Shown: positions 45,465 to 56,192, numbered from the stretch's first letter. The stretch is 64,000 bases of DNA from Oculatellaceae cyanobacterium bins.114 (GCA_033764315.1 JANRJA010000203.1:20678-84677), one strand, 5' to 3'. Numbers and translations are program-made. Notes: a model not told the origin generated them from the letters alone.

Positions 45465-47369
45465 CTAGAAGCTAAACTGCGTTCTCAAGTTGCCCACATA
45501 AATTGTGGGATTGCTATCAAAATTATTGGCATTACCAATAATGTAGAAAGCAGGAACCAGCGCAATATTGTCAGTCAAGGGATAGAAATAGGTGGCTTCA
45601 AATTCGTATTGAACTCCACCATCACCCGATCCTGATACCAAAAGATCGTGTCCATCCAAGACAGAGAAGGGAATCATATAAGACAGAGTCAACTGTGACC
45701 CTTCCTTCAACAGATCCAGGAAGGCAATACCTCCTTGAACGGCCTGAGCATCGACATCACCCGGTTCAATATGGGTGATGCCATAGGTATAGCGTCCAAA
45801 CAACCCAATTGTAGGAGTCACCAACCAGTCAAAGTTAGCACTGAAAGTGTCAGCCGTTGCATCATTCAGTGCTCCACCATTGCCGTCATCCAACAACCCA
45901 TAAATTGGCTCCCCAGGCGCACCCCCAACCTGTCCAAACAAAGCATTCAGGTTCGAGCGGTTATACAGCAACCTCAAGTTAAAGTCACTGCTAGGCGAAA
46001 ATGTCACCTCAGCAGTAATCGTATTGGTTCCACCAAACAAGCCCTGGCTAGGGTCAGAAGAGGTGTTAAACAAACCGCTCGGCAAAAACTCGTCATTCTC
46101 ACCTAGATAAGCCACATTCAGACGAAACTGATCGTTAATTTTCCATAACAGTGCCGCACCCGAACCCCGGTCAATCGTATTGAGCAGCGTGCTGCCACCA
46201 GAGTTAAAGCTGCTCGCACCCGTCAAGAAAAAGGTGAAGCGATTGTTGTCAAAATAGCGATACCAGTTGATTCGCGGACCAACCACGGCTTGCAACGAAT
46301 CGGTAATGGGAAACGAGTAAAAGATTTCGCGAACAATCACCGTGCTGGAGCCGATATCAACTCCCGCTGTTTGATCAGTAAACGGAGTTCCAAAGGTGTT
46401 GTACAGACCTGCCGATGCAAAGGCATTAGCCGGTGAATCACCGTTACCGACAGCTAGTTGAGTCACCAGGTTATCTTTTCCAGTAAAAGACGTAGAGAGG
46501 GTCAACCAGGTCAAATAACTAAAGGTAATCTCTGGATCGTCTTCGACTGTAGCAACCAGGGGACGCCCCGTGACCGGATCGCGTCCTGCCGGTCGAATGA
46601 CAGATGGAGCTGAGAGATCAGAGGTTTCTACTTGAATATCGCCATCTGCAAAAGCACCCGTCAGGTTAAACCAGGTCAAGCCCCGCAGCACAGTCGTTGT
46701 TGAAAACTGGTTGGCTTCTAGTTCCGCAGTCCGTCCTTCGAGCGCATCGACTCGGCCTCTCAGAGTCGCCAGTTCCGCAGCAAACTCCTCTTGCATCCGT
46801 TGAATGGTTGCCAGATCATCAGCGGTGACAGCATCGGCTAGACCTGCGGCAATGAGTTCGTTCACTCGATCGAGACAGGCATTCAAACCCGCTGCAAACT
46901 CATAGCGAGTCAGGGTGCGATTGCCCCGAAAGGTGCCATCGGGGTAGCCAGCAATGCAACCATAACGCTCGACCAAACTCTGAAGTGCCTGAAACGCCCA
47001 AGCGGTTGGTTCAACATCAGAGAGTTGAGAAACCGAGGTTACTTGCGCTAAACCATCTTCATCCTCAACCACTTGTAGAGGATCTACAACGCTGAGCGGA
47101 TCAGGCGTTTCTAGCGAAGAAGCCGCCAATGTGTCTTCAACTGTAACCGTCTGAGGCAGAGAATCACCTACCAGAGTGACCGGTTCACTGCTAGTTACAG
47201 GTTCATTGGCAGATCCTACCAACTCAGCATCTAAAGGATTAGGCTCTATTGCCACCACTGCTGAAGTATCAACAGACACCTCAGCTGCCAGAGCTGGAGC
47301 TGAAGTCATCCAATGGGAAATAAACACTGTTGAACTGATCAACAGCATGTACCACGAATATTTATGCAT
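45465..47369 (-). CDS. Outer-membrane porin, SLH domain + OprB-like beta-barrel
   Basis: 634 aa. Signal peptide, SLH motif AFQALQSLVERYGCIAGYPDGTFRGNRTLTRYEFAAGL, a coiled-coil linker, and a long beta-rich C-terminus ending in Phe. Confidence 0.85.
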   Translation of the reverse strand: MHKYSWYMLLISSTVFISHWMTSAPALAAEVSVDTSAVVAIEPNPLDAELVGSANEPVTSSEPVTLVGDSLPQTVTVEDTLAASSLETPDPLSVVDPLQVVEDEDGLAQVTSVSQLSDVEPTAWAFQALQSLVERYGCIAGYPDGTFRGNRTLTRYEFAAGLNACLDRVNELIAAGLADAVTADDLATIQRMQEEFAAELATLRGRVDALEGRTAELEANQFSTTTVLRGLTWFNLTGAFADGDIQVETSDLSAPSVIRPAGRDPVTGRPLVATVEDDPEITFSYLTWLTLSTSFTGKDNLVTQLAVGNGDSPANAFASAGLYNTFGTPFTDQTAGVDIGSSTVIVREIFYSFPITDSLQAVVGPRINWYRYFDNNRFTFFLTGASSFNSGGSTLLNTIDRGSGAALLWKINDQFRLNVAYLGENDEFLPSGLFNTSSDPSQGLFGGTNTITAEVTFSPSSDFNLRLLYNRSNLNALFGQVGGAPGEPIYGLLDDGNGGALNDATADTFSANFDWLVTPTIGLFGRYTYGITHIEPGDVDAQAVQGGIAFLDLLKEGSQLTLSYMIPFSVLDGHDLLVSGSGDGGVQYEFEATYFYPLTDNIALVPAFYIIGNANNFDSNPTIYVGNLRTQFSF

Positions 47370-47730
47370 TTATCCTCACACCAAAAATCAAAACAAGACC
47401 GTAGCAGCCTGACCGTATCAGAGCCAGATAAGCCGATATGTAATTTGGAATACTAAGGAGAAAAAATGTGAGGAGAATCTCATAGAGAAATGTTACATAA
47501 AAGACTCAGTATCTTTAGCCACAGTTCTCAAGAGGGTTATATGTCAATTCTGAGAATATAAATCTGAGAATCTAAAGTGCGAAGCGAATGCTGTATTCTT
47601 AAATCCTTATTAACTCCGATTCTCTCATCGGCTTACCGGAGTATAATGATTATCAAAGGATTACTTGGGGAATGTGGGATTCAGTAAGCATCATAAATCC
47701 TGTTTCCCCCTTACAGAAGGAGTTTCAGCT

Positions 47731-48723
47731 ATGCAAATTGCAAACGATGTTACAGGATTGATTGGGAAGACACCTCTGGTGCGCTTAAACCGGATTCCTC
47801 AATCAGAAGGGGCTGTGGCACAGGTCGTTGCTAAGTTAGAGGGCATGAATCCTGCGGCTTCGGTTAAAGATCGAATTGGGGTGAGCATGGTGCAGGTGGC
47901 GGAGGAGGCTGGACTCATTGCTCCGGGTAAGACGATTTTGGTTGAACCGACCTCTGGCAATACTGGAATTGCTTTAGCGATGGTTGCGGCGGCGAAGGGA
48001 TATCAACTGATTTTGACGATGCCTGAAACTATGAGCCTGGAACGACGGGCCATGTTAAAGGCCTATGGCGCACAGTTAGAGCTGACTCCTGGTGCACAGG
48101 GCATGAAGGGAGCATTGGCACGGGCAACCGAAATTGTGAATGAGTTACCGAATGCTTTTATGCCGCAACAGTTTGCCAACCCAGCAAACCCTAAAGTCCA
48201 CCGGGAAACCACTGCCGAAGAACTATGGGCAGACACAGATGGACAGATCGATATTTTGATCGCTGGAGTTGGAACGGGTGGCACCATTACTGGCATTGCA
48301 GAAGTGCTAAAACAACGAAAGCCTGAATTTAAGGCGATCGCCGTTGAACCTAAAGAAAGCCCTGTCTTATCAGGTGGCAATCCTGGCCCTCACAAAATTC
48401 AAGGCATCGGTGCAGGCTTTGTGCCTCAGGTTTTGAGAACTGACCTGATCGATGAAGTGATTCCGGTCAGTAGCGAAGAAGCCATTACCTTTAGCCGTCG
48501 TTTGGCACGAGAAGAAGGGCTATTGTCTGGCATTTCTTCGGGGGCAGCGTTGTTTGCGGCTATTCAGGTCGCCAAGCGTCCAGAAAATACTGGAAAATTG
48601 GTGGTCTTTGTGCAACCTAGCTTTGGCGAACGCTATCTCAGCACGGTTCTGTTTCAAGACTTGCCAGCGGTGGAAGTTGCCCATCTCAATGGTGGCGATC
48701 GCGTTGTTGCGGCAGTCAACTAG
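47731..48723 (+). CDS. cysK: Cysteine synthase A (O-acetylserine sulfhydrylase)
   Basis: Start moved to ATG 47731 (AAGGAG upstream). [13 protein letters not shown]-Lys block [11 protein letters not shown], and GTGGTITG. Confidence 0.9.
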   Translation: MQIANDVTGLIGKTPLVRLNRIPQSEGAVAQVVAKLEGMNPAASVKDRIGVSMVQVAEEAGLIAPGKTILVEPTSGNTGIALAMVAAAKGYQLILTMPETMSLERRAMLKAYGAQLELTPGAQGMKGALARATEIVNELPNAFMPQQFANPANPKVHRETTAEELWADTDGQIDILIAGVGTGGTITGIAEVLKQRKPEFKAIAVEPKESPVLSGGNPGPHKIQGIGAGFVPQVLRTDLIDEVIPVSSEEAITFSRRLAREEGLLSGISSGAALFAAIQVAKRPENTGKLVVFVQPSFGERYLSTVLFQDLPAVEVAHLNGGDRVVAAVN

Positions 48724-48876
48724 GGTCAACCTACTCCTGTCAGCCAACTCATATCAGCTTGGGTATGAGCCTCACCGATTCATTCCTGGCTATATAGGGC
48801 TTACGTTTGCGGCTCACTGGAGCTGACGGGGAAACCTGTGGTTTCAACGACCTAGATCCTGTGGTGAAATTGAGGA

Positions 48877-49863
48877 TTAAGCAAACAATTGGCTAAGCCG
48901 TCGCAAATCAACATTGCCCCCGGTAATTACAACCCCAACGCGAGCACCAGGGGCAGGGTTAACAATGCCCTCTAACAGAGCCGTTGCTGCCAACACCCCA
49001 GTAGGCTCCACCACGATTTTGAGGCGTTCCCAAAAAAATGCCATCGTCCGCAGCAGAGCCTCATCGGAGACAGTGACGATCTCATCCACATAGTGCAATA
49101 CCAACGGAAACGTGAGGCTCCCTAAGGCAGGAGTTCGCGCACCATCGGCGATCGTCTCTGGGTTATAAATCGTTTGCAGGGTTTTAGTGCGGAACGATCG
49201 CGCCGCATCATCAGCCGTGGCTGGTTCTACCCCAATAATTCGACAATGAGGAGAGAGGGCACGAGTGGCGATCGCACATCCTGACAGCAAACCACCTCCA
49301 CCGCAACAAACCAACAGAACATCAAGTGTGCCAACTTCGTCAACCAGTTCTTTAGCAGTCGTGCCTTGCCCAGCGATCACATGAGGATGGTTATAGGGAG
49401 GAATGATCGTCATACCGCGCTCCTGGGCTAGTTGTTGACACAATTCCACCCGCTTGGCTTCAGCCCGATCATGCAACACCACATTTGCCCCATATCCTCG
49501 TGTTGCCTCTTGCTTCACCAAAGGCGCATCCCGTGGCATCACAATGGTGGTGGGAATGCCCAGTAATTGACCTGCCAGGGCAATACCTTGAGCATGATTA
49601 CCAGAGGAATAAGTCACCACGCCGTGTCGTTGTTGCTCTGGAGTCAGTTGAGACAAGGCATTGTAAGCCCCCCGAAACTTAAACGACCCGGTGCGCTGGA
49701 AGTTTTCGCACTTAAAAAAGATCTGACACTGAGTGCGATCGCCCACGGTGCGTGATGTCATCACAGGCGTGCGATTGGCAACCCCCATCAGCCGCTCGGC
49801 AGCAGCAGCAACATCCACATAATTAACAGAACCGGAAACTTCTGGGGGTAGAATGCCAGTCAC
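48877..49863 (-). CDS. PLP-dependent Ser/Thr dehydratase-family enzyme (serine-racemase / threo-3-hydroxyaspartate ammonia-lyase-like)
   Basis: 328 aa. PLP-Lys motif FQRTGSFKFRGA, SSGNHAQG, and Gly loop GGGGLLSG. Confidence 0.85.
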   Translation of the reverse strand: MTGILPPEVSGSVNYVDVAAAAERLMGVANRTPVMTSRTVGDRTQCQIFFKCENFQRTGSFKFRGAYNALSQLTPEQQRHGVVTYSSGNHAQGIALAGQLLGIPTTIVMPRDAPLVKQEATRGYGANVVLHDRAEAKRVELCQQLAQERGMTIIPPYNHPHVIAGQGTTAKELVDEVGTLDVLLVCCGGGGLLSGCAIATRALSPHCRIIGVEPATADDAARSFRTKTLQTIYNPETIADGARTPALGSLTFPLVLHYVDEIVTVSDEALLRTMAFFWERLKIVVEPTGVLAATALLEGIVNPAPGARVGVVITGGNVDLRRLSQLFA

Positions 49864-49966
49864 ACCTAACCTCGATCATGCTATCGATATAAATGTAGCT
49901 TACGTTAGAGGTTAACTTCATTTCAGAGATCTACTGTGAGGTCGTCAACCCAAACCCACCACAGCT

Positions 49967-50152
49967 ATGTTCAACAATCCCTTAATCAAAGGTTTATTGG
50001 TGTTTTTAGCGATCCTGTTTGTCGTCGCTCCATTTGCCGGATTAGTGCCTTTAATGCTGTTTTTATTGTTTGCTGGAGTTTTTTACGCGATCGCCTCCGT
50101 GTTTGACACCTCCACTCCCTCAGACCAGTCCAAGCCTCACTCCAATCCTTAA
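49967..50152 (+). CDS. Hypothetical 61-aa two-helix membrane peptide
   Basis: Two hydrophobic helices followed by a Ser/Pro tail. No clear SD. ORF-only support. Confidence 0.35.
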   Translation: MFNNPLIKGLLVFLAILFVVAPFAGLVPLMLFLLFAGVFYAIASVFDTSTPSDQSKPHSNP

Positions 50153-50163
50153 AACACCCTGCA

Positions 50164-51942
50164 TCAGGTTATCACCAACAACTCTGGAGGCAGGTCTGAA
50201 CGGAGAGGCAACGTCACTGTAAAGGTTGTCCCTATCCCTTCTTTACTGGTAAAGGTGATGGTTCCTTGATGATGGGCAACGCACTCTCGAACGATCGCCA
50301 GACCTAACCCTGTTCCACGAATGGTGCTGACATTACTAGCCCGGTGGAATAGCTCAAACAAGCGAGGTTGATCATCCGAGGGAATTCCAATGCCCTCATC
50401 TTGAATCACGAAAACAGCACTGTACTGATCACACGATAAGTGAAACGTCACAATGCTCTTAATGGGTGAATATTTAATCGCGTTAGAGAGCAAGTTTGTC
50501 AAAATCGATCGCAATAGTTTTGGATCCGCTTTTACCTCTGCACAGTCTCCTTCAGCCGCAAAAGCAATCTCATAATTGCTGCCCACCCCCATTTGCATCT
50601 CTTCCACAATTTCATAACAAAACTGCTTGAGGTCAAGCGTGGTCGGGTTAAACTCTAATCGACCTGCATCTGCCTTGCCAATCGTCAAAACATCTTCTAA
50701 CAATTGAGTCATGTTTTGCACCGCCATCTGACTCCGTTGAAAATATTCTCGCTTTTTAGACTCAGTGACAACATCGTGATAACGCTCTAGCAATTCAAGA
50801 GACGTCCGAATGACCGTCAATGGGGTGCGTAGCTCATGAGACACCATCGAGACAAACCGAGACTTTAACTCATTCAACTCCCGCTCTTCTTGCAGTGCCA
50901 ATTGCATCTCATATTCTGCTTGCTTGCCCTGGCGAATCATGTGCTCACGCGTGCGAATGCTGTCTACCATCGTCTCAAACACTTGTGCCAGGGTGTTTAG
51001 CTCATCTGGAAAAGGGCTTTTTGTGAGAGATGACAGATCCAGACTATAGGCTCCATCTCCAATGCGCTTAGCAGACTCTGTTAACTCAGTCAACTGCTGA
51101 GTCAACGCCCCCGACAAAAAGTAAATCAAGATAAATAGAACGGCATAGGTAATGACAAATGAAATCAAAACAAGGCTCCGAACTTCGGTCTGCACTTGAT
51201 GCACATAGTCTGCCTGAATGTCTAATCCCAGAACGGCTACAATTTCGCCACGCTCGTCTCTTAACGGGGCAAATGCCGACAACCAAGTTCCCCATTGGTC
51301 GGTATAGATTTTAGGAGTTTCAACAATTTCACCCTCTCGCAAGACTTGGTAAGTGACTGGACTGGGGACATCAGCCTGCAAAAATCGAGCCGCTTTCGAC
51401 GGGTCATACACAGACCATAAATCAGTTAAATAGACAATTTCTAATTGATCAGGTTTAACGGCTGGTGCCCCTATTCGGCGATTGTTGCGTGCCGTACCCA
51501 CAGCATAGGAATAGAGCCAAACTCGTGGCTCAACTGAATGCACCGTTTGAAACCAGCGCAATTGATTGATATAGCGCAAGTCGCTTGAAAAACCACTGGG
51601 ATTGCGTTCTCCCTCTGCGTAAAGTGCCATTAACTCGTCAACATCCACTCCAGCCGCTGCGCCAATCAATGTTGTTCTCATGTCAGCTTTTAGCCGAGTC
51701 ATGATCTTGGCAGTTGCAAATGTATAGAACCAGTAGAAAGCACCCGCAAAGACAATGCTAAATACGATACTAAAACCGATTAGCAACTTGACCCGTAGGC
51801 TAACTGGTTGATTGTATCTTTTTGACTGCTTGGAGGCTGTTTGTCGCTCTACTGAGAGAGGGGGCTGCTGCAATTTGACCTCGTTGAAGGCGTAAATCAG
51901 AAAGTATTGAACTGTAACTGCCAACGGATAGGCTACTTGCAT
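50164..51942 (-). CDS. Sensor histidine kinase (TM - Cache/PDC-like - TM - HAMP - HisKA - HATPase)
   Basis: 592 aa. H-box VSHELRTPL, N-box LSNAIKYSP, G-boxes QDEGIGI and GTGLGLAIV. The periplasmic domain (aa ~76-255) is paralogous to that of the TIR protein at 18328-19695. Confidence 0.9.
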   Translation of the reverse strand: MQVAYPLAVTVQYFLIYAFNEVKLQQPPLSVERQTASKQSKRYNQPVSLRVKLLIGFSIVFSIVFAGAFYWFYTFATAKIMTRLKADMRTTLIGAAAGVDVDELMALYAEGERNPSGFSSDLRYINQLRWFQTVHSVEPRVWLYSYAVGTARNNRRIGAPAVKPDQLEIVYLTDLWSVYDPSKAARFLQADVPSPVTYQVLREGEIVETPKIYTDQWGTWLSAFAPLRDERGEIVAVLGLDIQADYVHQVQTEVRSLVLISFVITYAVLFILIYFLSGALTQQLTELTESAKRIGDGAYSLDLSSLTKSPFPDELNTLAQVFETMVDSIRTREHMIRQGKQAEYEMQLALQEERELNELKSRFVSMVSHELRTPLTVIRTSLELLERYHDVVTESKKREYFQRSQMAVQNMTQLLEDVLTIGKADAGRLEFNPTTLDLKQFCYEIVEEMQMGVGSNYEIAFAAEGDCAEVKADPKLLRSILTNLLSNAIKYSPIKSIVTFHLSCDQYSAVFVIQDEGIGIPSDDQPRLFELFHRASNVSTIRGTGLGLAIVRECVAHHQGTITFTSKEGIGTTFTVTLPLRSDLPPELLVIT

Positions 51943-52381
51943 CTTAAACGAAAGCCACTGCTTCTATCAGTGCATCAACTTCCAAAACACTGATTCAGCA
52001 TTGCTCTTACATGCTCTTTTCAATCAAAATTGAGGATATCCTGATACTTTTGGTTGCAACCTATAACAAATAAGGGTAGTCGTCTAAAAGTAATGATTTT
52101 TGAGTAAGGATACGCTGCGATGAGCGGGGCATATCCTTACTTGTTTAGGGCTACCCCAATCAATAGGTGGGAGTCATTAATTGTAAGATGCGTTTCGACT
52201 GCGCGTTCAATTAAGCTCACGCCGAAGTCTCACCGCTCTCATCTCTCTGACAGCGAGTTAAATGGAGTCAAAACCCGAATTCTAAACTGAGTTTAATGAG
52301 GTTCTCTACTTATAACCAGCTAGTTTAAATGATGAGAAAAATTGTGGCAGCATTTCTCTCTCATAAAATCTCTCTGCTATC

Positions 52382-52409
52382 TATAGCAATCCTAAATGGG
52401 TTGTGAGAG
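52382..52409. repeat. Solo left-end copy of the TATAGCAATCC element (28 nt identical to 52696-52723)
   Basis: TATAGCAATCCTAAATGGGTTGTGAGAG is present at both positions. Confidence 0.85.
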
Positions 52410-52660
52410 ATGTAAACAACTCATCTAATCACAGCTTGAGAGTTAAGTGTGCTTGATTACTCTGCTATTAGCGATGACCCATTGATCACGAATACCAGAC
52501 AGTTGCTTTCTAGCAATTTTTGGGCTTTCAGATCACACTACTTTTAATCAGTCGCTACTTAGTTGAGGCACAGTTCATGCTCTCAGGAAGATTTTGCAAA
52601 CCCTCTTGTGAACCTGTGCCATCTATCAGAAGGGTAATAGAAGGTAATAGGTGTAATCAT

Positions 52661-52693
52661 AAAAAACCGTACTGCTTTATAAAGTAGTACGGT
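52661..52693 (-). terminator. Intrinsic-terminator-like hairpin for a minus-strand transcript
   Basis: The plus strand reads AAAAAACCGTACTGCTTTATAAAGTAGTACGGT. On the minus strand this is a ~13-bp near-perfect stem followed by U6. Confidence 0.5.
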
Positions 52694-52695
52694 GA

Positions 52696-52796
52696 TATAG
52701 CAATCCTAAATGGGTTGTGAGAGTCGCACCCCGGAGGGGTGCGACTCTCACAACCTCACAACCTCCTAATTTCACAAATGATTTAGGACGGCTATA
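52696..52796. mobile_element. MITE-like ~100-nt palindromic element
   Basis: Outer inverted ends TATAGCAATCCTAAAT / ATTTAGGACGGCTATA. The core is a perfect 20-bp stem, GGTTGTGAGAGTCGCACCCC-gga-GGGGTGCGACTCTCACAACC (52713-52755). No coding capacity. Confidence 0.6.
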
Positions 52797-52884
52797 GTTC
52801 AGAATAAAAATCTATGGCGTAGCGGCAGATTTCCGGGGAGAGTCTATCTAAAAAACAGGTTTATAGAAGCTTGAAATAGTTTGT

Positions 52885-52917
52885 AAAAGCTCTCATCTTT
52901 CAACTTGAGAGTTTTTT
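52885..52917 (+). terminator. Weak terminator-like hairpin plus T6
   Basis: AAAAGCTCTCA-tctttcaact-TGAGAGTTTTTT. Only 6 strong base pairs. Confidence 0.35.
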
Positions 52918-52961
52918 ACAAACCCGTTGCTGATCCTTGCTGATGGATGAGTCCAGTCAGA

Positions 52962-52996
52962 AGTTGTGAAAGAGTTGTGAAAAGGTTGTGAAAGAG
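52962..52996. repeat. Three tandem copies of GTTGTGAAA(G/A)AG (11-12-nt period)
   Basis: agttgtgaaag agttgtgaaaag gttgtgaaagag. GTTGTGA also occurs in the arm of the neighbouring hairpin element. Confidence 0.85.
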
Positions 52997-53539
52997 TATA
53001 AAAAGTATTCGAGACAAGCAAGCGATCGCACTAAACGAAATTAATTACAGCTTGGATAGATAGCTCGATCACAGGGTGGGTTTTTGAGTTGAAAGTCAAT
53101 CAATACGTGCTGATTAATGGAAGTGCTCATCGTTGAGGTCACGAACATGACGATTGCAAGAAGGATTTCCATAGGAACTAAATAGGGTAACTGCACCTGT
53201 GCAACATCATGTCTGATCAGTATCCAATTTGCGATCCGAGCATTTAACTATTCTTTTCTTAAAAAATCGATTGTCTTCGTAGATCTACGGGGTCTGAAGT
53301 AATTTTTATGGGCATCTCAGGCATTTTATAAACTCTTAAGGAAAATAAAAAATATCCTCTAAGCCTGCTATGACTGGGTTTTGACAACTGGCCGATGGAG
53401 GTGAGACAAAACCTTGTTACAAGTTTTGTATTCTTGAGCAAAGCAATTTGCCAGGTTACACACTGCGGTAAGCTTGAATGAGTGGCTAAACGCCCATTGG
53501 TTTAATATTTCACTGTATTTCTAAACAGCGCTTCACAAA

Positions 53540-54499
53540 ATGGTTGCAAGTCTCCCTCGCACGATTCGGATTGGTTCCCGCAAAAGTCAGCTTGCTCTAG
53601 TTCAAACCCATTGGGTGCAAGAGCAGTTGCAACAAGCGTTTCCCAACCGAGTCTTTGACGTTCATACCATGAGTACACATGGTGACAAGATTTTAGACGT
53701 GGCACTCGCTAAGATTGGTGATAAAGGGCTGTTTACCAAAGAGCTTGAAGTTGGCATGGTCAATGGAGATATTGATTTTGCGGTTCACTCTCTCAAAGAT
53801 CTGCCAACCCGATTGCCCGATGGCTTAGTCCTAGGCTGTGTTACTGAGCGCGAAAATCCGGCTGACGCACTGGTGGTTCATGCCAAACATCACGATAAAC
53901 AGGTCGATACCTTACCTGAAGGGGCGGTTATTGGTACTTCCTCGTTGCGGCGATTGGCTCAACTGCGGCACCACTATCCTCATTTGACATTCAAAGATGT
54001 TCGGGGAAACTTGAATACTCGCCTCCAAAAATTAGATTCTGGGGAATATGATGCCCTCATTTTGGCGGCGGCTGGGTTGCACCGTTTGGGCATGAGCGAT
54101 CGCATTCATCAGGTATTGCCACCCGATATATCACTTCATGCGGTTGGGCAAGGGGCATTGGGCATTGAATGTCGTGCTGATGATACTGAAGTTTTGACCT
54201 TATTAAAAGAACTAGAGCATCGGCCAACCGCCTTACGGTGTTATGCTGAGCGTTCTTTTTTGCGAGAGTTAGAGGGTGGCTGTCAGGTGCCGATTGGCGT
54301 CAACACTGAGTTAGAGGGAGATACGTTAACCCTGGTTGGCTTGGTTGCCAGTCTAGACGGACAACGGTTGATTAAAGATCGTGTGACGGGTTCAGCAGAG
54401 CAAGCCGAACAACTGGGGATTGACTTAGCTCATCGACTCAAGCAACAAGGGGCACAAGCCATTTTAGATGAGATTTTTGCCACGATTCAGCGGAGTTAA
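53540..54499 (+). CDS. hemC: Hydroxymethylbilane synthase (porphobilinogen deaminase)
   Basis: 319 aa: [26 protein letters not shown], and the C-terminal cofactor-Cys region [10 protein letters not shown]. Confidence 0.95.
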   Translation: MVASLPRTIRIGSRKSQLALVQTHWVQEQLQQAFPNRVFDVHTMSTHGDKILDVALAKIGDKGLFTKELEVGMVNGDIDFAVHSLKDLPTRLPDGLVLGCVTERENPADALVVHAKHHDKQVDTLPEGAVIGTSSLRRLAQLRHHYPHLTFKDVRGNLNTRLQKLDSGEYDALILAAAGLHRLGMSDRIHQVLPPDISLHAVGQGALGIECRADDTEVLTLLKELEHRPTALRCYAERSFLRELEGGCQVPIGVNTELEGDTLTLVGLVASLDGQRLIKDRVTGSAEQAEQLGIDLAHRLKQQGAQAILDEIFATIQRS

Positions 54500-54542
54500 T
54501 CACTCGGTTGGCGATCGCTCCTGATTACCTCATCATCGTTAT

Positions 54543-54588
54543 AAAAGCGGGGTTTGCTCTCAATCAGCTTGAGGTCGCCCCGCTTTTT
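54543..54588. terminator. Rho-independent terminator after hemC (bidirectional shape)
   Basis: AAAAGCGGGG...(25-nt partly paired loop)...CCCCGCTTTTT. Confidence 0.75.
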
Positions 54589-54767
54589 GCAGGCATTGCC
54601 CCTGATTTCTCTGAGTCGAGTTACGAAAAGGTTACAAAAAGTTGATAGGGTTTTAGATAGCTGAGCGATCAGCAGAGAGAGTGATCCCTCAGGGGCGGTT
54701 ATCTCATCCGAGGAAACGGCTTTGCATCGCCACAGCCAATACCACTGTTTTGGGGACTTAGACAGCA

Positions 54768-56192
54768 ATGCGAATTTTGTTTGTTGCAGCAGAAGCGGCT
54801 CCTGTGGCTAAAGTCGGAGGCATGGGAGATGTCGTCGGTGCGTTACCCAAAGTGTTGAGAAGGATGGGGCATGATGTCCGTATCTTCTTGCCCTATTACG
54901 GGTTTATGCCCGATAAAGTTGAGATCCCCACTGAGCCCATTTGGTATGGCTCAGCCATGTTTCAAAGCTTCCAGGTTTATCAAACCACTCTCCCTGGCTC
55001 AGATGTGCCACTTTATCTGTTCAAGCATCCGTCGTTTAACCCTCGCCGCATTTATTCGGGTGAAGACGAAGACTGGCGATTTACACTATTTTCTAATGGA
55101 GCCGCTGAGTTTTGCTGGAACTATTGGAAGCCAGAAGTTGTGCACTGTCATGACTGGCATACGGGCATGATTCCAGTGTGGATGCATCAATCTCCTGATA
55201 TCTCATCGGTATTTACTATTCACAACCTGGCCTATCAGGGACCCTGGCGTTGGAAATTAGAAAAAATGACTTGGTGTCCCTGGTATATGCAAGGGCATAA
55301 CGTCATGGCCGCTGCCGTCCAGTTTGCTGACGTCGTGACCACCGTGTCACCCACCTATGCTCAACAAATTCAAACCGCAGAATACGGTGAAACGATTGAG
55401 GGTCTATTATCCTTTATCAGTGGCAGATTGACGGGTATTCTCAATGGCATTGATACGGAGTTGTTTGATCCTGCTAAAGATAAGCAAATTGCTCAACCGT
55501 TTACGATTGAGACAATCGACAAACGAGCTGCTAACAAAATTGCTCTGCAAGAAGAGGTGGGTTTAGAAGTTAACTCTAAAGCGTTTCTGTTGGGCATGGT
55601 GTCACGATTAGTCGAGCAGAAGGGATTGGATTTGATCTTGCAAATCCTCGATCGCTTTATGTCCTACAGTGATGCTCAATTTGTCGTCTTAGGATCGGGC
55701 GATCGCTACTATGAAACTCAACTGTGGCAACTCTCGTCTCGCTTTCCTGGCCGCATTGCCGCCTACTTTTTGCAAAGCGATGGACTAGCCCGCCGGATTT
55801 ATGCCGGGTGTGATGCGTTTCTCATGCCTTCGCGCTTTGAGCCGTGTGGCATCAGTCAAATGCTATCTATGCGCTATGGCTGTGTGCCTATTGTGCGCCG
55901 GACTGGGGGTTTAGTCGATACAGTCAAACATCATGATCCTGCTGCAAAAGCGGGAACAGGTTATTGTTTCGATCGCTATGAACCGCTTGACCTTTATACC
56001 GGGATTGTCAGAGCGTGGGAAGGGTTTCACTACAAACCAGAGTGGCAGGCGTTACAACAACGGGGCATGTTGACTGACTTTGGTTGGGAAAACTCTGCTA
56101 GAGAATATATCAAGGTTTATCGCCGGATTTTGGGATTGCCTGAAGAGGAGCCACAGGTGGTTGAGACTGCACCTGAGTTGGTGAGTTCGTGA
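54768..56192 (+). CDS. glgA: Glycogen synthase
   Basis: 474 aa: [27 protein letters not shown] (K-x-GG motif), with C-terminal PSRFEPCG. Confidence 0.95.
   Translation: MRILFVAAEAAPVAKVGGMGDVVGALPKVLRRMGHDVRIFLPYYGFMPDKVEIPTEPIWYGSAMFQSFQVYQTTLPGSDVPLYLFKHPSFNPRRIYSGEDEDWRFTLFSNGAAEFCWNYWKPEVVHCHDWHTGMIPVWMHQSPDISSVFTIHNLAYQGPWRWKLEKMTWCPWYMQGHNVMAAAVQFADVVTTVSPTYAQQIQTAEYGETIEGLLSFISGRLTGILNGIDTELFDPAKDKQIAQPFTIETIDKRAANKIALQEEVGLEVNSKAFLLGMVSRLVEQKGLDLILQILDRFMSYSDAQFVVLGSGDRYYETQLWQLSSRFPGRIAAYFLQSDGLARRIYAGCDAFLMPSRFEPCGISQMLSMRYGCVPIVRRTGGLVDTVKHHDPAAKAGTGYCFDRYEPLDLYTGIVRAWEGFHYKPEWQALQQRGMLTDFGWENSAREYIKVYRRILGLPEEEPQVVETAPELVSS

Noticed and set aside
52937-52960. Hammerhead-like CTGATGGATGAG word
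   Set aside because: The core CUGAUGAG...CGAAAC is not intact, and no three-stem junction can be drawn around it.
54496-54768. 90-aa minus-strand ORF between hemC and glgA
   Set aside because: It spans the hemC terminator hairpin (54543-54588) and abuts the glgA start codon. It has no SD or motif, and the spacer is better explained as terminator plus glgA promoter.
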